From Myxococcota bacterium (GTDB taxonomy: Bacteria > Myxococcota_A > SURF-8), in the NCBI GenBank assembly GCA_963674735.2, contig CAXXQS010000001.1, positions 1,984,001-2,048,000 of the forward strand: a DNA stretch of 64,000 nucleotides, read 5' to 3'. The notes below the pieces were generated by a model. That model saw only the letters and a program-made list of their open reading frames with translations, made no database searches and was not told the origin of the DNA. This document shows, in pieces, positions 61,883 to 64,000 of this stretch. Within the stretch, counting starts at the first letter, position 1. Every line of letters begins with the position of its first letter. The position numbers and the translations under genes are program-made.

Positions 61883-62335
61883 CTAGGCTACTGGTGGGGA
61901 GTTTTTCGGGGCCATAGAAAGACAGGAAATGGGGGCGAACGTAAGTTGTTCAGAAAACGAAAGAAATCCATCCAAGAGATGGTTATGATTCAAATGCGTA
62001 GAAAGAAAAGAGGCGTTCGCAGTCTGATAGAGCTGAGCCAGTACGTGGCAGGCGTCATGCGGATGCGAGAGTTCTTCCGGATTGGCTAGAAAAGATGCCG
62101 ATGACTTGCTGAACCGAGAAAAGTCCTGAAGGAAACTTTCATTGTCGTGGTCAGCATGGTCGAAGTCGTGATTGTGCTTCGCGTCGTTATGATGGAAACG
62201 TTCAAACTGCTGGTGCCCGTTACACCAGACATGTTCGTGGTTTGCAAACAGAAAAGGCGTCAGCAGCCAGTTGGCCGCAAAGACGGCCACAAGCAGGTAG
62301 ACTAACGTATCTTGTCGATATTTCCGCTTTAACAT
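61883..62335 (-). CDS. His-rich DUF2946-like protein
   Basis: N-terminal TM, HEHVWCNGH, His-rich middle, HDACH, C-terminal APKNSPP. Confidence 0.65.
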   Translation of the reverse strand: MLKRKYRQDTLVYLLVAVFAANWLLTPFLFANHEHVWCNGHQQFERFHHNDAKHNHDFDHADHDNESFLQDFSRFSKSSASFLANPEELSHPHDACHVLAQLYQTANASFLSTHLNHNHLLDGFLSFSEQLTFAPISCLSMAPKNSPPVA

Positions 62336-62886
62336 TACCCATTACATCCATATGACTTAACCCAATCCAAAGATCTTGAACAATATACGATTATTCCAAT
62401 CAGACAGCAAGAACCATTCTCACGAAGGATTATGGAACCTAAAAAGTCGTTAAACCGTGTCCACATTCCTTCAATCACGTTTTGAGCCCTCACGGTATAC
62501 GAATGATTGGACTTAAACATCCGCTACGCGTCGACATTAGCGTGGGGTAGCACAGTTCGATCGCCATCGGTATCAACGGTCTACCCGTCAACGCCTTCTG
62601 CGTTTCCAATTGGCCGCGGCGGCAAAAGGAGGGGCAATCCTGGCATATAAGGTAGGAGAAGGTCGGGCGGGAGAGGCGTTTTCTACCCGAAGTCGGCAAC
62701 GGTCGTGCCTATCCGGCCAGCCGCGCGCCTTCCACCTTGATGCATTTCGGCTGCGCCATCTCCCGGCGAAGCTGCTCCGTCAAGCCGAAGCGTTCCGCTT
62801 TGGGAAAACTCGCTGTAAACCGGCAAATCAACACCACTGATCCGTGCCGAGAATCGCTTTATAACGGCTCACGAAATCCGAAAGCC

Positions 62887-63084
62887 CTACCCTTTCGCCC
62901 GCTTGGCAACCCCGACGAAAGACAGGCGGCTTTCCAACTCCAGAAAATCGAGGTTGACGACCTCCCAGCCTTCCTCGCCGAGCACGTTGAGATAGGCTTC
63001 CAGATCTTCGGGAGCTCTTCCCTTCAACAGACCGGAACTCTTGACGTTTTTGCTGTCAATGAGCTTGTACTCCCACTTCGGCAT
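62887..63084 (-). CDS. DUF4177 small protein
   Basis: MPKWEYK...LEAYLNVLGEEGWEVV...AKR; RBS GGAGG. Confidence 0.85.
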   Translation of the reverse strand: MPKWEYKLIDSKNVKSSGLLKGRAPEDLEAYLNVLGEEGWEVVNLDFLELESRLSFVGVAKRAKG

Positions 63085-63134
63085 GTTCACCTCCGCGTAT
63101 CCGAATCTGCACCCGCACCACCCGCGTGAGAAAT

Positions 63135-63998
63135 CTATTCACCCCAGCGGGAAGGATCCGAGACGATATCGCAATCCACAAACTCCGAACCATTCGCGTT
63201 TTTGTAGGGCGACCAGCAGTATTCCAGCATGTAGGCCACCTCAGTCGGTCGAACGTAAATGGTCTTGGGCGTCGTGCTATAATCATCGCGGCTCGGCTTA
63301 TAGTTGAAAGCGCCATCGGCCACGGACGCATCCCAGGGATCCCAGTAGGACCACTGACTGTACCAATCCGCCGAATCGCCATACCATTTCGCGACATAGC
63401 GTGCTTCTTCGGAAGTCAGGGGCATACCGGCTGTGGCGGCGGCAACCAGATGGGAGGCGACGTCGGCATACCATTCCGGTTTGCTATCGTGGGGTAACTT
63501 CACCTGTTCCATCCAATACTCAACGCGCTCGATCAGGCCCACCATCATGTTGCGCGCCATACCGTGGTAACCATGAACGTATGCCAACTCCAAAACGGCG
63601 AAGTGGAAGTAGCGGATAATGGCATTGTTGAAGTAATTCCCGATGGCTCCCTCTGCACCGGCCAGTTCCTCATACAGGTTCCGACCGGCCGTGCCGCAAT
63701 CGTTATCGCGCGGTTCACCATAGGCAATCAAGGCGGAAGACAACTTGGACTTGCACTCGGCCAGCGGGTCGAGAAGCTCGAAGTTGTTGAAACTGGCCAG
63801 ATCGTTCACCACTTGGTTTTCACAATAGGGATCGTACGATTCGGGATCGTCCTGGTCGTAGCAAGCTTTCGGGATATAGGCTTGGCCGTCCTCGCCCTTC
63901 GTTCGGATGTAGTATCCCTGATCCACGATGTCTTTTGCAAACCCGACCAAATACTCGTAGGCCCATTCGGCGGCGGCCTTTACCTCGGCATCTTCGGC
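63135..63998 (-). CDS. Hypothetical protein, C-terminal part (5' truncated by window)
   Basis: Frame is open to the window edge with protein-like composition; no family recognised. Confidence 0.7.
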   Translation of the reverse strand, partial: AEDAEVKAAAEWAYEYLVGFAKDIVDQGYYIRTKGEDGQAYIPKACYDQDDPESYDPYCENQVVNDLASFNNFELLDPLAECKSKLSSALIAYGEPRDNDCGTAGRNLYEELAGAEGAIGNYFNNAIIRYFHFAVLELAYVHGYHGMARNMMVGLIERVEYWMEQVKLPHDSKPEWYADVASHLVAAATAGMPLTSEEARYVAKWYGDSADWYSQWSYWDPWDASVADGAFNYKPSRDDYSTTPKTIYVRPTEVAYMLEYCWSPYKNANGSEFVDCDIVSDPSRWGE

Positions 63999-64000
63999 AT

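Overview
A 64 kb accessory region heavily scarred by insertion sequences. The host is inferred to be a deltaproteobacterial-type (Myxococcota/Desulfobacterota-like) bacterium, based on MYXO-CTERM-like tails, DsrMK and TIGR02147; no database search was run. From left to right it holds: (1) a TIGR02147 regulator followed by three Asp/Cys-rich lipoproteins, including a DUF1566 protein and a CotH kinase; (2) nested IS remnants; (3) a PAS kinase and a pseudo-phosphatase-PAS sigma54 activator upstream of a sigma54 promoter driving a DsrMK-like operon; (4) tRNA-Ser(TGA) surrounded by IS elements and an integrase remnant; (5) a ~20.5 kb block bracketed by inverted 149-bp integrase-end/att duplicates, carrying an NhaR-linked stress cluster (slipin, B12 radical SAM, DUF4398/OmpA, CsbD, ice-binding lipoprotein, HPF) and a multi-sensor kinase/HD-GYP cluster; (6) a 2450-aa EGF/GCC-repeat surface protein; (7) a papain-like surface protease gene flanked by two ~335-bp direct repeats with a CTCCACCA core; (8) type I R-M remnants, more IS, a decayed S8 protease/lipoprotein pair, a DUF2946-like leader gene and DUF4177. 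The most novel-looking signal is a candidate tandem array of integrase-less surface-protein cassettes delimited by tmRNA/tRNA-3'-like att junctions. Family names come from motif recognition. Several single-base frameshifts could be sequencing errors.
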